A DNA stretch of 64,000 nt from positions 1,248,001 to 1,312,000 of the forward strand of contig CAVSLV010000001.1 in NCBI GenBank assembly GCA_963728915.1, given 5' to 3'. This document shows, one piece after another, positions 49,731 through 61,999 of the stretch. The notes under the pieces were generated by a model that ran no database searches, was not told where the DNA came from, and was given only the letters and a program-made list of their open reading frames with translations. The translations under genes and the position numbers were made by a program. Positions within the stretch are counted from its first letter, which is position 1. Every line of letters starts with the position of its first letter. This DNA comes from an uncultured Gemmatimonadales bacterium (GTDB lineage Bacteria; Gemmatimonadota; Gemmatimonadetes; Gemmatimonadales; GWC2-71-9).

Positions 49731-52441
49731 ACGCTGGGAGCGGATCGAGGCGATCTGCTTCGCCGCCATGGAACGGGAGCCGGCCCTTCGGGCGGCCTTC
49801 CTCCAACAGGCCTGCGGAGAAGACGGTGAGCTTCGACGGGAGGTGGATTCCCTCCTCCAACAGCACGAAGCGCATCCCGCCTATCTCGAACGTCCGATCC
49901 TCGAGTTTGCCAGGGAGGACGCCGGACATCGTACCAGCCCTCGCCCGTCTCGGTCCCTACCGCCTCATTCGACGCCTCGGCAAGGGTGGGATGGGTGAGG
50001 TCTACCTCGCCGTTCGAGAAGCCGAAGATGTCCGTCAGACCGTCGCGGTAAAGGTCATCCGCCGGGGGATGGACAGCGAAGAAGTGGTGCGGCGGTTCCG
50101 ACTGGAGCGCCGGATCCTTGCCTCGCTCCATCATCCCAACATCGCCGCCCTGCTGGACGCGGCGGTCTCCGGAGACGGCCGCCCCTACTTCGTGATGGAG
50201 TATGTCGACGGGTTCCCCCTCGACGAGTACTGCACCCGGCAGCGCCTTTCCATCACCAAACGGCTCGAGCTGTTTCAGGTCATCTGTCGGGCCGTCCAGC
50301 ATGCCCACCAGAACCTGATCGTCCACCGCGACCTCAAGCCCAGGAATATCCTGATCACCGAGGAGGGCATTCCCAAGCTCCTGGATTTCGGAATCGGCAA
50401 GGTGCTCGCCCGGACCGACGCGATCGGTGAGGCGATCGAGACCGGCACCGATCTCCGCTTCCTCACTCCGGACTACGCCGCCCCGGAACAGCTCACCGGG
50501 GCGCCGGTGACGACAGCGACCGACGGGTATGCCCTCGGGGTGATCCTGTACGAGCTGCTGACGGATCAGCACCCCTATCGATCCAGCACCGATCGCCGGG
50601 ATCTCGAGCATGCTGTTCTCGAATCCAGGCCCGCCCGGCCCAGTCTGGTGGTTGAGCGCCGGGATCTCCGCCGGCGACTCGCCGGGGACCTGGATACCAT
50701 CGTGCTGATGGCACTCCGCAAGGAGCCGGAGCGCCGCTATCCCTCCGTGTCCGCCCTCGCAGCGGATATCCAGCGCCACCTCGATGGACTCCCCGTCAGC
50801 GCGCGGCCGGACACCGTCGGATATCGCGCCGGTAAGTTCCTGCGCCGCCATACCGCCGCCGCCGCCGCCGCCCTGGTGGGAGGCCTCGGTCTCGCCGCGG
50901 TCACCGCGGTCACGCTGGTGCAGTCGGCGCGAATCCGGCAGGAGTCCGCCCGCGTGTTACGGGAGCGCGACAAGGCGCTCGAGGTCCGCGGCTTCCTGAT
51001 GGAGCTGTTCGGGGCAAGCGGGGCGGACCGGTCGGTCGGCGACACCGTCACGGTTCGCCGGCTCCTCGAGCTCCAGAGCACCCAGCTCTCGCGCGACTCG
51101 GTGATGGGCCCGGATCTTCGCGCCCAGATGCTGGAGGTGCTGGCCGACGGCTACGATCGCCTTGGTCTTTTCGCTCCGGCCGATTCCCTGGCTCGCCAGG
51201 CGCTCGCGCTGCGGCGAACCCGAGGAGCGGAAGCCCTTGACCTCGCCGGCTCACTCAACCTGAACGGGTGGATCCGCCACGAGCTGGGCCAGAGCCGCGA
51301 AGCCGAGCCGTTGCTTCTGGAAGCCGCCCGGCTTCGGCGAAACGCCGGCGTGAGCGGCCGATCCGAGCTCTCCCACTCGCTCAATGACCTGGGTGTGGTG
51401 TACAACGCCCTGAGCCGCTACCGGGAAGCCGATTCCGTCCTGACCGAAGCCCTCGCCATCCGGCGACTGGTATTCGGCGATGACCATCATGCGGTCGGCA
51501 CCACCGCCAACAATCTTGCTGCCGCCCTGTATTTCGAAGGAAGCCTGGATTCGGCGGTGGCGGTTCAGCGCCTCGCGGTCCAATCGCTCCAGGCTTCGGT
51601 TGGCGCCGATCATCAGCGCACCGTCGTGGCGCTCGGGAATCTCGCGGCATTCAAGCAGGCCCGCGGAGACTGGGCGGCGGCGGAGAAGGAGTATCGCGAG
51701 CTGCTGGACCGCCAGACCCGGCTTCAGGGCCCCGATCACCCGGTCACCGCCCGGGTTCGGAACTCGCTTGCCTCGGTGCTGTTCGAGCAGGCGCTTTCCA
51801 CCGGGTCCGATTCCGCATTATTGGAGTCGGAGCGTCTCTACCGGGCCGCATTGGAGACCTTCCGGACTCGCCTCGAGCCGACCCACCCCCAGATCGGAAT
51901 CACTCTCGATCGCCTCGATGCAGTCCTCCTGGAACGAGGGCTGATTGACGAGGCCCTCCCCGGTCAGGAACGGGCCCTGCGAATCCTCACCGCGGCGTAT
52001 GGGGAGTCGAATCCGGCGACTCTGAACGCCCTGGGAAGGCTCGGCCTGATCCGGAGCCGGCTGCATCAGCACGCCGAGGCGATCCGCATCGAGCGCAGAG
52101 TGCTGGAACGCCTGGAGGCGAAGCCAGGTCCCTCACAGGCCCAGATCGGCCGAGCCCATGCCATGCTCTGCGAGGTCCTCCTCGCCGCGAGCCAGGAGCC
52201 CTCCGAGACGCTCCGTCACTGCAGCCTGGCCGAACAGATCCTCGCGGTGGCTCCGGGTCCGGAGCACACCAGCCTCGCGATGGTGCGACTGAATCTGGCC
52301 CGCTCCGAAATCGCCCTGGGTCACAAGGAAGCCGCCGATTCCATGGTGCAGGCGGTGCAGGCCGCCCTGATGGGAAGCCCGCCCACCGGCCGGGTGCGCC
52401 GGCTGGCGGATTCCCTGACGGCAATTCTGGCATCACGCTGA
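49720..52441 (+). pseudogene. Hanks-type Ser/Thr kinase with TM helix and TPR domain; frameshift near 49910-49925 (may be a sequence error)
   Basis: N-terminal ERWERI...FLQQACGEDGELRREVDSLL in frame 49720; GKGGMGEV, HRDLKPRN, DFG, APE and TPRs in the +1 frame; joined length about 906 aa. Confidence 0.85.
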
Positions 52442-52472
52442 GAAAGCCGAACGCACTGGATAGATTTCAGTG

Positions 52473-53651
52473 ATGCCACCCGATCCGGTCTATCTCGACC
52501 ACGCCGCCACGACCCCGGTCCGCCCCGAGGTGCTCGAGGCGATGCTCCCGTACCTCGATGAGCGCAGCTTCGGGAACCCGTCCAGTGCCCATCGGTTCGG
52601 TCGCGCCGCGCGCGCCGGTCTGGAACAGGCTCGCCGGGACGTCGCGACTGCCCTGGGGGCCGAACCCAGCCAGGTCGTGTTCACCTCCGGGGGCACCGAG
52701 GCGGACAACCTCGCCGTCATTGGAGCGGCGCTCGCCGCAAAGGATCGCGGCGACCTGATGCGGGCGGCGGTGTCTGCGGTCGAGCACAAGGCGGTCCTCG
52801 CTGCCGCGCATCAGGTCGCCCGGCTCGGAGGCGAGGAGGTCTGCCTGCCCGTTCTGCAATCCGGGCAGCTCGATCTCGCCGCCCTCGACGCCGAACTCGG
52901 CAGGCGCCCGGCAGTGCTCTCGGTCATGTGGGTGAACAATGAGATGGGCGCCTGCCAGCCGATCGAAGCCATCGCCGACCGTTGCCGCGCCGCGGGGGTC
53001 CTGCTCCACAGCGACGCGGTCCAGGCCTTCGGCAAGGTGCCGGTGGCGATCCGGGACCTTCCCTGCACGCTCCTCACGATTTCGGGCCACAAGCTCGGCG
53101 CCCCCAAGGGCATCGGCGCGCTGATCGTCCGGGAGCGTTCCGCGATCGATGCCATCATTCATGGCGGCGGTCAGCAGTTCGGACTTCGTCCCGGCACCGA
53201 GAATGTGGCTGGCGCGGTAGGACTGGGACGGGCCGCCCGGCTCGCTGCGGAAGAGCAACCCGCGGAGTCCGCACGACTCCGGGCCATCCAGACCCGGCTC
53301 ATCGCCCGGCTCCAGGAAGCGATCCCCGACATCGTGATTCATGGAGATTCCGGCTCCCGGGCGCCCCACATTCTCAATGTCGGAGTCCCCGGCGCCGACA
53401 ACGAGGCCCTGCTCATGCACCTCGACCTTGCCGGGGTCGCGGTCTCCACCGGATCGGCCTGCTCGACCGGATCGATGGAGGCCTCGCACGTGCTCACCGC
53501 CATGGGAATCCCCCGCACGCTTGCTCTCGGGTCGTTCCGGATCAGCCTGGGCCACACCACTTCAGAGAACGACATCGAGCGCCTGATCCAGGTCCTCCCC
53601 GGGGTAGTGGACAAGGTTCGCAAGCTCTCCGTGGTGCTGGGACGCGCGTGA
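52473..53651 (+). CDS. iscS: Cysteine desulfurase (IscS/NifS)
   Basis: [30 protein letters not shown]. Confidence 0.93.
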   Translation: MPPDPVYLDHAATTPVRPEVLEAMLPYLDERSFGNPSSAHRFGRAARAGLEQARRDVATALGAEPSQVVFTSGGTEADNLAVIGAALAAKDRGDLMRAAVSAVEHKAVLAAAHQVARLGGEEVCLPVLQSGQLDLAALDAELGRRPAVLSVMWVNNEMGACQPIEAIADRCRAAGVLLHSDAVQAFGKVPVAIRDLPCTLLTISGHKLGAPKGIGALIVRERSAIDAIIHGGGQQFGLRPGTENVAGAVGLGRAARLAAEEQPAESARLRAIQTRLIARLQEAIPDIVIHGDSGSRAPHILNVGVPGADNEALLMHLDLAGVAVSTGSACSTGSMEASHVLTAMGIPRTLALGSFRISLGHTTSENDIERLIQVLPGVVDKVRKLSVVLGRA

Positions 53652-54718
53652 CCGGGCGCCGGAGTCGGGTGCTGGTCGCGATGTCCGGTGGAGTCGACAG
53701 CTCGGTCGCGGCGGCACGACTGGTGGACCAGGACTATGACGTCGTCGCCGCCACGATGAAGCTGTTCTGCTATGGTGACGCCGTCCCGGACCGTCCCTGT
53801 TGCTCCCTCGACTCCATCAACGATGCCAGGGAGGTGGCCGCCCGGCTCGGCATCCCCCATTACGTCCTCAATCTGGAAGACCGCTTTTCCAGGAACGTGA
53901 TCGCGAATTTCGTCGAGGAGTACAGCCGGGGCCGCACCCCGATCCCCTGCGTCCGGTGCAACTCGTTCACCAAGTTCCGCGATCTGATGGCCCACGCCGA
54001 GGCGCTCGGATGCGAGGCGATCGCCACAGGGCACTACGCCATCGCCCGGCACGGCGGCCTGTACCGCGGCCAGGACGCCGCCAAGGATCAGAGCTATTTC
54101 CTCTGGGGAATCGATCGCGCGGTCGTGTCCCGCATGCTGACGCCGGTCGGCGACCTCACCAAGGCCGAGACCAGGGCCATCGCCAGACGGCTCGACCTGG
54201 TGACCGCCGACAAGCCCGAGTCAGTGGAGATCTGCTTCGTGCCGGATGACAATTACGTCGGCGTCCTGGAGCGGCACCTCCCCGAAAACGCACCAGCACT
54301 CGTCCCCGGCCCGCTGGTGACCAGCGGGGGAGAGGTCATCGGCGAGCACGAGGGCTTCGCCCGCTATACCGTGGGCCAGCGCCGTGGGCTGCCGGGAGGA
54401 CGGTCCCGTCCCCTCTACGTCCTGGCGATCCGCCCGGAAGATCGCGCGGTGGTGGTCGGAGAAGCCGATGAGCTGAATCGCTGGAGCGTGGAGCTGGCCG
54501 AGCTCAACTGGCTGGTCGATCCCCTCGCCATCGGCTCGGAGTGTGAGGTGCAGGTGCGTTCCCGGGCCCGGCCGGTCGCCGCGGTCATCACCCGGCTCGG
54601 TGGCGACGGCTCTCTCGCGCTGACCACAACACAGCCGGTTCGCGCCGTCACGCCCGGTCAATCCGGCGTCCTGTATTCATCCGGGGGCCAGGTCCTCGGC
54701 GGAGGAGTCATCGTATGA
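53648..54718 (+). CDS. mnmA: tRNA 2-thiouridine(34) synthase
   Basis: [41 protein letters not shown]. Confidence 0.96.
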   Translation: MTGRRSRVLVAMSGGVDSSVAAARLVDQDYDVVAATMKLFCYGDAVPDRPCCSLDSINDAREVAARLGIPHYVLNLEDRFSRNVIANFVEEYSRGRTPIPCVRCNSFTKFRDLMAHAEALGCEAIATGHYAIARHGGLYRGQDAAKDQSYFLWGIDRAVVSRMLTPVGDLTKAETRAIARRLDLVTADKPESVEICFVPDDNYVGVLERHLPENAPALVPGPLVTSGGEVIGEHEGFARYTVGQRRGLPGGRSRPLYVLAIRPEDRAVVVGEADELNRWSVELAELNWLVDPLAIGSECEVQVRSRARPVAAVITRLGGDGSLALTTTQPVRAVTPGQSGVLYSSGGQVLGGGVIV

Positions 54719-56754
54719 AGCGCTTCCATGGTGCCGTGTTAGGAGCGATCCTGTTCGCCGCGCCCGCTCCCTTGCCGGCGCAAGCCAGGCAACCGATCAC
54801 CTTCGACACGTTCCTCGCCATGCAGATGGTGAGCGATCCCCAGATTTCACCCGATGGGAAGACCGTGGCCTTCGCCATCTCGGTCCCGTCGCTCCAGGAA
54901 AACCGGAATCTCTCCCGGATCTGGGTGGTGCCGGTCCGGGGAGGCACTCCCAGGGCACTGACCAGCGGTCCGGGGAGCGATTTCGCTCCGCGCTGGGCCG
55001 CGGACGGGAGTCTCGGCTTCATCTCGACTCGCAAGGGCGGCGGGCAAGTGTGGCGCACCGGCCTTGCCAATGGCGAGCCGGTACAGCTCACCGCGGTAGA
55101 AACCGGGGTCAACGATTTCCGATTCACCCCGGACGGCAAGGCGGTGCTGGTGACCAGCGACGTGAAATGGCCGCCCCGGCAGGAGATTGACGAGCGCAAC
55201 GGGAGCTTTCCCACTCAGGCCAAGATCTGGACCGATTTGTTCTACCGCTCCTGGGATGACTGGCGGGTGGGCACCCGTTCCCATCTCCTCAGGGTGGAGC
55301 TGGCCGATCGGAGCGTGAAGGACCTCACCCCATTCGAACACGACACGCCGCCCCTCGACCTGGGCGGGGTGGATCTGGCGGTCGCGCCGGCGGGAAATCT
55401 GGTGGCGCTGGTCTACAACCCCGATGACCAGCCCGCCCAGGGAACCAACAACGACGTGTGGCTGATGGGGACGGACGGAACCAGCCTGACCCAGGTCACC
55501 ACCCGAAAGGGCGACGACCACTCGCCCTCGTTCTCGGCGGACGGCAAGTGGATAGCCTACCTGTCGATGGAAACCCCCCGGTTCGAAGCTGACCGGACCC
55601 AGCTCCTGTTGTACGACCGGTCCACCCGCCAGAGCCGTTCCCTGACCCAGGACTGGGATGTGAGTGTTCAAGGCTATGCCTGGACCCCTGACTCCCGCGC
55701 CATCGTGGTCGAGGTCGAAGAGCGGGGTGGGCACAATCTCTACCGCCTGGATCTGGGTGGCGGGAAGCCGGTCCGGATCGTTGCCGGCGGGCTCAACAGC
55801 GCTCCGCGGGTTACCCCGAACGGGGACGCCATCATCTACCTGCATCAGACTGCGACCCAGCCCAATGAGGTATGGAGCGCCGGCCTGGATGGAGGCAACC
55901 CCCACGCCCTCACCCGCATGAACGCCCAGGCTCTCGCGAGCCTCGATCTGTCGCCGCTCGAGGCGTTCGGATTTGTGGGAGCAGCCGGGGATTCGGTGCA
56001 CGGCTGGTTGCTCAAGCCACCTGGATTCCAGCCTGGCAAGCGGTATCCCCTGGTCTACCTGATTCACGGGGGTCCCCAGGGGGCATGGCTCGATTCCTGG
56101 AGCCCTCGCTGGAATTACCACATGTTCGCGACCAGAGGGTATGTCGTGGCCGCGGTGAACTTCCACGGATCAACCGGCTACGGTCAGGCGTTTACCAACA
56201 GCATCACCCATCACTGGGGCGACCTTCCCCTCGAGGACCTGATGAAGGGGTTGGACCAGGTGGCGCAGCTGCCCTACGTGGATTCCACCAGGATGGGGGC
56301 GGCGGGCGCCTCCTACGGCGGATACATGATCTACTGGCTCGCGGGCCATACCAGCCGATTCAAGACCCTGATCGCCCACGACGGCGTGTTCAATGCCACC
56401 AGCATGGTGGGGAGCACCGAAGAGCTCTGGTTCCCCAATTGGGAATTCGGGCCGGGCGGTGTCACCAATCCGGAAACCCGGCAACTCCTCGAGAAATGGT
56501 CGCCCTCCAACTTCACCGACCAGTGGAAGACCCCGATGCTGGTCGTCCACAGCCAGCAGGACATGCGAGTGGACCTCTCCGAGGGCCTACAGGCCTTTAC
56601 CGCCCTCAAGCAGCGTGGAGTCCCGGCCAAGTTCCTCTACTTCCCCGATGAGGGGCATTGGGTTCTCAAGGCCCGGAACCGACGCCTTTGGTGGGACACC
56701 ATGCTCGATTGGTTGGACGGATACCTCAAACCGCGAGCTTTGGGTACCCCCTAG
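54715..56754 (+). CDS. S9 family serine peptidase with signal peptide
   Basis: Beta-propeller repeats, HGGP, GASYGG, D, PDEGH catalytic triad motifs. Confidence 0.93.
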   Translation: MKRFHGAVLGAILFAAPAPLPAQARQPITFDTFLAMQMVSDPQISPDGKTVAFAISVPSLQENRNLSRIWVVPVRGGTPRALTSGPGSDFAPRWAADGSLGFISTRKGGGQVWRTGLANGEPVQLTAVETGVNDFRFTPDGKAVLVTSDVKWPPRQEIDERNGSFPTQAKIWTDLFYRSWDDWRVGTRSHLLRVELADRSVKDLTPFEHDTPPLDLGGVDLAVAPAGNLVALVYNPDDQPAQGTNNDVWLMGTDGTSLTQVTTRKGDDHSPSFSADGKWIAYLSMETPRFEADRTQLLLYDRSTRQSRSLTQDWDVSVQGYAWTPDSRAIVVEVEERGGHNLYRLDLGGGKPVRIVAGGLNSAPRVTPNGDAIIYLHQTATQPNEVWSAGLDGGNPHALTRMNAQALASLDLSPLEAFGFVGAAGDSVHGWLLKPPGFQPGKRYPLVYLIHGGPQGAWLDSWSPRWNYHMFATRGYVVAAVNFHGSTGYGQAFTNSITHHWGDLPLEDLMKGLDQVAQLPYVDSTRMGAAGASYGGYMIYWLAGHTSRFKTLIAHDGVFNATSMVGSTEELWFPNWEFGPGGVTNPETRQLLEKWSPSNFTDQWKTPMLVVHSQQDMRVDLSEGLQAFTALKQRGVPAKFLYFPDEGHWVLKARNRRLWWDTMLDWLDGYLKPRALGTP

Positions 56755-56829
56755 GGGTATATCGGTCCCCGATGGCTCGTTACACGCCCGTGACCCGGAG
56801 CTGGGCCCTCGGCGTGGTATTTTCTCCGG

Positions 56830-58998
56830 GTGACTGACGAGTCCCCTACCAGCCTCGAACCGACGATCTCCCCTCCGGGCTCAGCCATCGAAACGGGTCC
56901 GCCCGCAGGGGCCACCCCCGATTTCCGGTACCCCTCCCTCTATCTGAATCGGGAGCTTTCCTGGCTCGAGTTCAACCGGAGGGTGCTGCACGAAGCCCGG
57001 GATGACCGAACCCCGCTGCTGGAGCGGGTCAAGTTCCTCGCCATTTTCTCTACCAACCTGGATGAGTTCTTTCAGGTGCGCGTCGCCGGGCTCCGGCAGC
57101 AGGTTGCCGCCCACTTGGTCGAGCTGAGCCCGGATGGCATGTCACCCGAGGAACAGCTCCGCACCATCGCCGCCAAGGCGCGCGAGCTGGTCCAGGAGCA
57201 TGGCCATTGCCTCACCCGGGAAGTGCTCCCCGCCCTGGCCGAGCGCGGGGTCCGGCTGATCACCCGGCTGGACGATCTCTCCGAGGACGACCGGAAACAT
57301 CTCGACCAGTATTTCACCACCAATGTGTTCCCGGTTCTGACCCCGCTTGCCGTCGACCGGGCCCATCCCTTTCCGTACATCAGCAATCTGTCCCTGTCGC
57401 TCGCCGTCGTGCTCCGACGCGATAGTGGCGAAGAACGGTTCGCCCGCGTCAAGGTGCCGAAGATTCTGCCTCGATGGATCCCGCTCCCCGGAAGCCATCG
57501 CTACGCTCCCCTCGAGCTGGTCATCGCTTCGAATCTGGAGGCGCTCTTCCCGGGCATCGAAATCCTGGGCGCGTTTCCCTTCCGGATCACCCGCAACACC
57601 GACCTCGAAATCGATCCCGGCGAGGCCGACGATCTGCTGGAGGTCATTCAGGAAGAAGTGCGCAATCGCCGGTTCGCCGAGGTGGTCCGACTCGAGGTGG
57701 ACCCGGCCATGCCCGAATCCCTGCGGGAGCTGGTGCTCGCCGAGCTGAATGCCGATCAGGAGAGCGACGGCCTCCCGCTCACCGGAGAGGACATCTACGA
57801 GACCGTCGGCCTGCTCGACGCGTCCGATCTGATGACCATCGCCGGGCTCGAGATCGCCGATCTCCACGATCCGACGTTCATTCCGGTGGTGCCCGCCCGA
57901 TTGGCCGGGAACCGGAACATCTTCGACGTGGTTCGCGAGGGCGACGTCCTGGTACACCATCCCTACGAGAGTTTTGCCGCCAGCGTCGAGCGCTTCATTC
58001 AGACCGCGGCCGAGGATCCCGACGTGCTCGCGATCAAGATGACGCTCTACCGCACGGGTGGAGACTCCCACATCGCCCGGCTGCTCGCGACCGCCGCCGA
58101 GCGGGGCAAACAGGTCGCGGTGCTGATCGAGCTTCAGGCCCGTTTCGACGAAGAAAACAACATCCGCTGGGCCCAGCGGTTCGAGGATCTCGGGGTCCAC
58201 GTGAGCTACGGCGTCGCCGGGCTCAAGACCCACGCCAAGGTGATCCTGGTGGTTCGTCGGGAAGGGGATCAGATCCGCCGGTACGTGCACATTGCGACCG
58301 GAAACTATGCTCCCCGCACCGCGCGCACCTACACCGACTTCGGGTTGTTCTCCGTCGATCCGGACCTCGGCGCGGACCTGTCCGATCTGTTCAACGTGCT
58401 CACCGGGTTTGCCAGCCCGATGGGATACCGCAAGCTGATCGTGGCGCCGGGCGGAATGCGGCATCGGCTGGTGGAGCTGATCCGCCGGGAGATCGCCCAC
58501 GCCCGCGCCGGGCGGCCGGCCCGCATTTTCGCCAAGATGAACGCGCTGGTGGATCCCGAGATCATCGCCCTGCTCTACGAAGCGTCGGGCGCCGGCGTCA
58601 CGGTCGACCTCCTGGTCCGTGGCATCAGCTGCCTCCGGCCGGGGCTGCCGGGCGTGAGCGAGCGCATCCGCATCGTCAGCGTGATTGGCCGGTTCCTGGA
58701 GCACTCCCGGGCCTGGTACTTCGAAAACGCCGGGCAACACGAAGTCTATCTGACCTCGGCGGACTGGATGCAGCGGAACCTGGACCGGCGCATCGAGACC
58801 GCCGTTCCGCTCGACTCCCCCACGCACCGGGAGACCATCCGCGAGATTCTGGAAACGATGTGGGGAGACAATCGCCAGGCGTGGGACCTTGCCGCCGACG
58901 GGACCTGGCGCCAGCGCCACGTCGAGGGACAGGCGCCCGAAGTGCCCTCACACCGGGTGTTGATGGAGCGCTATCGAGAGCTTGCCCGCCCCGCGTAG
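56830..58998 (+). CDS. ppk1: Polyphosphate kinase 1
   Basis: NRELSWLEFN, NLDEFF, HHPY, ARFDEENN, KTHAK, GRFLEHSR. Confidence 0.97.
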   Translation: MTDESPTSLEPTISPPGSAIETGPPAGATPDFRYPSLYLNRELSWLEFNRRVLHEARDDRTPLLERVKFLAIFSTNLDEFFQVRVAGLRQQVAAHLVELSPDGMSPEEQLRTIAAKARELVQEHGHCLTREVLPALAERGVRLITRLDDLSEDDRKHLDQYFTTNVFPVLTPLAVDRAHPFPYISNLSLSLAVVLRRDSGEERFARVKVPKILPRWIPLPGSHRYAPLELVIASNLEALFPGIEILGAFPFRITRNTDLEIDPGEADDLLEVIQEEVRNRRFAEVVRLEVDPAMPESLRELVLAELNADQESDGLPLTGEDIYETVGLLDASDLMTIAGLEIADLHDPTFIPVVPARLAGNRNIFDVVREGDVLVHHPYESFAASVERFIQTAAEDPDVLAIKMTLYRTGGDSHIARLLATAAERGKQVAVLIELQARFDEENNIRWAQRFEDLGVHVSYGVAGLKTHAKVILVVRREGDQIRRYVHIATGNYAPRTARTYTDFGLFSVDPDLGADLSDLFNVLTGFASPMGYRKLIVAPGGMRHRLVELIRREIAHARAGRPARIFAKMNALVDPEIIALLYEASGAGVTVDLLVRGISCLRPGLPGVSERIRIVSVIGRFLEHSRAWYFENAGQHEVYLTSADWMQRNLDRRIETAVPLDSPTHRETIREILETMWGDNRQAWDLAADGTWRQRHVEGQAPEVPSHRVLMERYRELARPA

Positions 58999-59045
58999 CG
59001 CCACGGAGCACGCTCGTTGTCCGGCTCCGTATTCCAGACCCCCCG

Positions 59046-60134
59046 CTAGTGCGCAAGCCCCGCCGAGTCGGTGAACTTCCGGAACAGCTCGACCTGCTCG
59101 GGTGAGAGGTCCTCGGGCAGCTTCACCTCCACGTTCACCAGCAGGTCCCCTCGGCGCTCCCCTTTGACGATGCCTTCGCCCCGGATCCGGAATTTCCGGC
59201 CCGGCTGGGTACCGGCCGGAATCTTGAGGACGACTTTCTTGTCTCCAAGGGTCCGGACCCGAAGCCGGCTTCCCAGGATCGCCTGGGCCATGTTGATGGT
59301 GACGTCGCATACCACGTCGAGACCCTCCCGGCGGAAGAACCGGTCGGGTTGCACCTGGAAGGTGACCAGCAGATCTCCCGGCGGAGTCCCGTCTCGTCCC
59401 GCGGCGCCCTGGCCCTTGAGACGGATCCGGAGCCCGGATTCGGTCCCCGGAGGCACCGTGATCATAACCCGCCGCTGAGTCCGGGTTTCCCCGACCCCAT
59501 CGCAGGTGGGACATTTCTCCGAGGGAACCTTCCCTCGCCCCCGGCACATCGGGCAGGGCCGGTTCACGGCGAAGCCACCTTGTCCGAAGGAGATCGTGCC
59601 GCGACCCTTGCACTCGGGACACTGGGACATCGACGCCCCGGGCGCCCCGCCGCTTCCCCCGCAGGTGGGACAGGTCTCGTTGACCGCGAGGGTGACCGGC
59701 ACCTTGCCGCCCAGCGCCGCGGTCCGGAAGGGGATCTCGAGCTCGGTCTCTACCGTCTCTCCCCGCGGTTCTTCCTTGCGGCCGCGCCCGAAAATCGAGG
59801 AGAAGATGTCCCCCAGACCCATCGACCCGAAGTCCCCGAAATCGAAGGATTCGGTGAATCCTCCTCGACCGCCACCGGGGCCGCCGCCCCCGCGGGCGCC
59901 GGCCGGCTCGAACGCCCCCAACCGGCGCATCTGATCGTACTTCTTGCGTTTCTCGGGATCCGAGAGCACCCCGTGGGCTTCCGAGATCTGCTTGAACATC
60001 TCGGAGGCCTGCGGGTTATTCGGATTGGCGTCGGGGTGGTACTGCTTGGCCAGCCGCCGGTACGCTTTCTTGATCTCCTCCGCCGTGGCGCTTTCGCCGA
60101 CCCCGAGAACCTGGTAGAAATCCCGGGACGCCAC
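59046..60134 (-). CDS. dnaJ: Molecular chaperone DnaJ
   Basis: J domain with HPD, G/F region, four CxxCxGxG repeats. Confidence 0.95.
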   Translation of the reverse strand: MASRDFYQVLGVGESATAEEIKKAYRRLAKQYHPDANPNNPQASEMFKQISEAHGVLSDPEKRKKYDQMRRLGAFEPAGARGGGGPGGGRGGFTESFDFGDFGSMGLGDIFSSIFGRGRKEEPRGETVETELEIPFRTAALGGKVPVTLAVNETCPTCGGSGGAPGASMSQCPECKGRGTISFGQGGFAVNRPCPMCRGRGKVPSEKCPTCDGVGETRTQRRVMITVPPGTESGLRIRLKGQGAAGRDGTPPGDLLVTFQVQPDRFFRREGLDVVCDVTINMAQAILGSRLRVRTLGDKKVVLKIPAGTQPGRKFRIRGEGIVKGERRGDLLVNVEVKLPEDLSPEQVELFRKFTDSAGLAH

Positions 60135-60710
60135 TTACGCGTGCCCTTCCGAGGAATAGACCTGGACCCGGGCGGGGCGCACCAGATTGCCCCGGAACCG
60201 GTACCCGACCTGAAAGGTCTGGGCGACGGTGTGGTCCTGCTCCGGCCGTTCCGGGGGAACCACCGAAACCGCCTCGTGCCACGCCGGATCGAACGGTGCG
60301 CCCAGCGGATCGACCCGCTCCAGCCCGGCCGCCTCCAGCTCCTTCCGGAGCTTCTTGTCCACCAGGACGGTGGCTTCGAGCAACGCGGGCGCCGGCGTGG
60401 TGCCCTCGCTCGCAACGATCCGGTCGATGTCATCCAGCACGTCGAGCAACTTGATCACCAGGGCGGCCTGGGCCCGGTCCATCAGCTCCAGCCGCTCCCG
60501 GGCCACCCGCTTCCGGTAATTGTCGAACTCCGCCGCCAGTCGAAGGTGACGATCCGTCGCCTCTCTGAGCTGGCCTTCGAGACGCTCGACCGCGCCTTCC
60601 GCCGGCTCCATCGGGACCCCGGTGCCCCCGAAACCTGGATTGGCCATCGGCGGAGCCTCCTCGATCGGAGCGTCTTCCTCGAATCCCTTGTCTGTCATCG
60701 GCTTCTTCAT
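60135..60710 (-). CDS. grpE: Nucleotide exchange factor GrpE
   Basis: RLAAEFDNYRKR, FDP..HEAV, GY...VRPARV. Confidence 0.95.
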   Translation of the reverse strand: MKKPMTDKGFEEDAPIEEAPPMANPGFGGTGVPMEPAEGAVERLEGQLREATDRHLRLAAEFDNYRKRVARERLELMDRAQAALVIKLLDVLDDIDRIVASEGTTPAPALLEATVLVDKKLRKELEAAGLERVDPLGAPFDPAWHEAVSVVPPERPEQDHTVAQTFQVGYRFRGNLVRPARVQVYSSEGHA

Positions 60711-60722
60711 GGCTCAAATCTA

Positions 60723-61982
60723 TCAGGAAGGATGTTCGGCTTTCAGGTTTCGTGCCCTCACCTGCAACCACGCTTTCCAGAGCGCGAATTGACACGCCCG
60801 GGCCCGGACATTGTGCCGCGATCCGGGAAAGATGAGCTTGTGCGTCCTCGTGGCGTCGGGATCGGCGATCCCGAAACAGACCAGGCCGACCGGCTTGGCC
60901 TCGGAACCCCCACCCGGCCCGGCGATTCCGGTGATCGCGATCGCCAGGTCCACCTGGAACCGCTTCCGCAGCGCTCGGGCCATCTCGCCGGCGGTCTCCT
61001 CGCCTACGGCCCCGTGCAGGTCCAGGATTCGGCCGGGAACGCCCAGCTCCTCCTTGATGGCATCGGCGTAGGCGATCACCCCTCCCGCGAATACGTCCGA
61101 GGCTCCCGGAACCCCGGTGATCCGGGCACCCAGCATTCCCCCGGTACATGACTCCGCGACTCCCACCCTCAGACCGGCTCCCCGGCATTCGTCCAGGAAA
61201 AGGGCTGCGAGATCCTCCTCGCCGGTTCCGTACCCGTGATCGCCGGCGAGCTCGCGAATTCGCTGCCCCGTCCCCGCCAGCCGCCGATCGGCTTCCTCCG
61301 GCGGAAGGTCCCACGCGGTGAGACGGAGGTCCACTCCGTCGAGCCCGGGGAGCGAAGCCAGGGTGAGCGGAGCAAGATCCGAGGTGATCGGCGCCAGTCG
61401 ATCCGCGAGGGCCGACTCCGCAATCCCGGTGGTTCGGATCACCAGGGAACGCACCACGTCTCCCTGCCCCCTCGCAGCGAGGCCCGGGACGACTTCCTCC
61501 TCGACCAGGCCCCGGAATTCATGGGGCACCCCCGGCAGGAGGATCACCTCCCCCGGTCCGGAGCTGAGCCAGAGTCCGGGCGCGGTCCCCCGCGGGTTGG
61601 GCAGGACCCTGGCGCCCCGGGGAACCTCGGCCTGGCAACGGTTCCGCCCGGCCAGCACTCTTCCCATCCGGGCGAACCGGGTCACCAGGTGATCCCAGAT
61701 GGCCGGATCAAATTCAAGGGGAGCCTGAAAGAGCTCGGCAACCGCGTGTTTGGTCACGTCGTCATGGGTGGGGCCGAGCCCGCCGGAAACGATGACCAGG
61801 CCGGTGCGGGCGAGGGCCTCGGCCACCGCGGCACGAATCGACCCGGACTCGTCGGGCACCGTGGATCTGCGGGTTAACCGGACGCCGATCGCGCCGAGGG
61901 CCTGCCCGAGAAAGGCCGAATTCGTGTCGAGGGTGAAGCCGAGCAGCAGCTCGGTCCCGATCGTGACCAGTTCGGCATCCAT
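60723..61982 (-). CDS. cinA: Competence/damage-inducible protein A
   Basis: IGTELLLG..DTN, GGLGPT.DD, LPGVP, AESCTGG, ITGIAGP. Confidence 0.94.
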   Translation of the reverse strand: MDAELVTIGTELLLGFTLDTNSAFLGQALGAIGVRLTRRSTVPDESGSIRAAVAEALARTGLVIVSGGLGPTHDDVTKHAVAELFQAPLEFDPAIWDHLVTRFARMGRVLAGRNRCQAEVPRGARVLPNPRGTAPGLWLSSGPGEVILLPGVPHEFRGLVEEEVVPGLAARGQGDVVRSLVIRTTGIAESALADRLAPITSDLAPLTLASLPGLDGVDLRLTAWDLPPEEADRRLAGTGQRIRELAGDHGYGTGEEDLAALFLDECRGAGLRVGVAESCTGGMLGARITGVPGASDVFAGGVIAYADAIKEELGVPGRILDLHGAVGEETAGEMARALRKRFQVDLAIAITGIAGPGGGSEAKPVGLVCFGIADPDATRTHKLIFPGSRHNVRARACQFALWKAWLQVRARNLKAEHPS

Positions 61983-61999
61983 GGAAACGAGGCGCCGGC

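Noticed and set aside
49640..49920. N-terminus of the 933-aa kinase ORF as given in the track
   Set aside because: Off-frame sequence; the family-typical N-terminus is in the ORF starting at 49720
56745..56759. TACCCC-CTA-GGGGTA palindrome at the peptidase stop
   Set aside because: Only a 6-bp stem with no U-tract; too weak to call a terminator or operator
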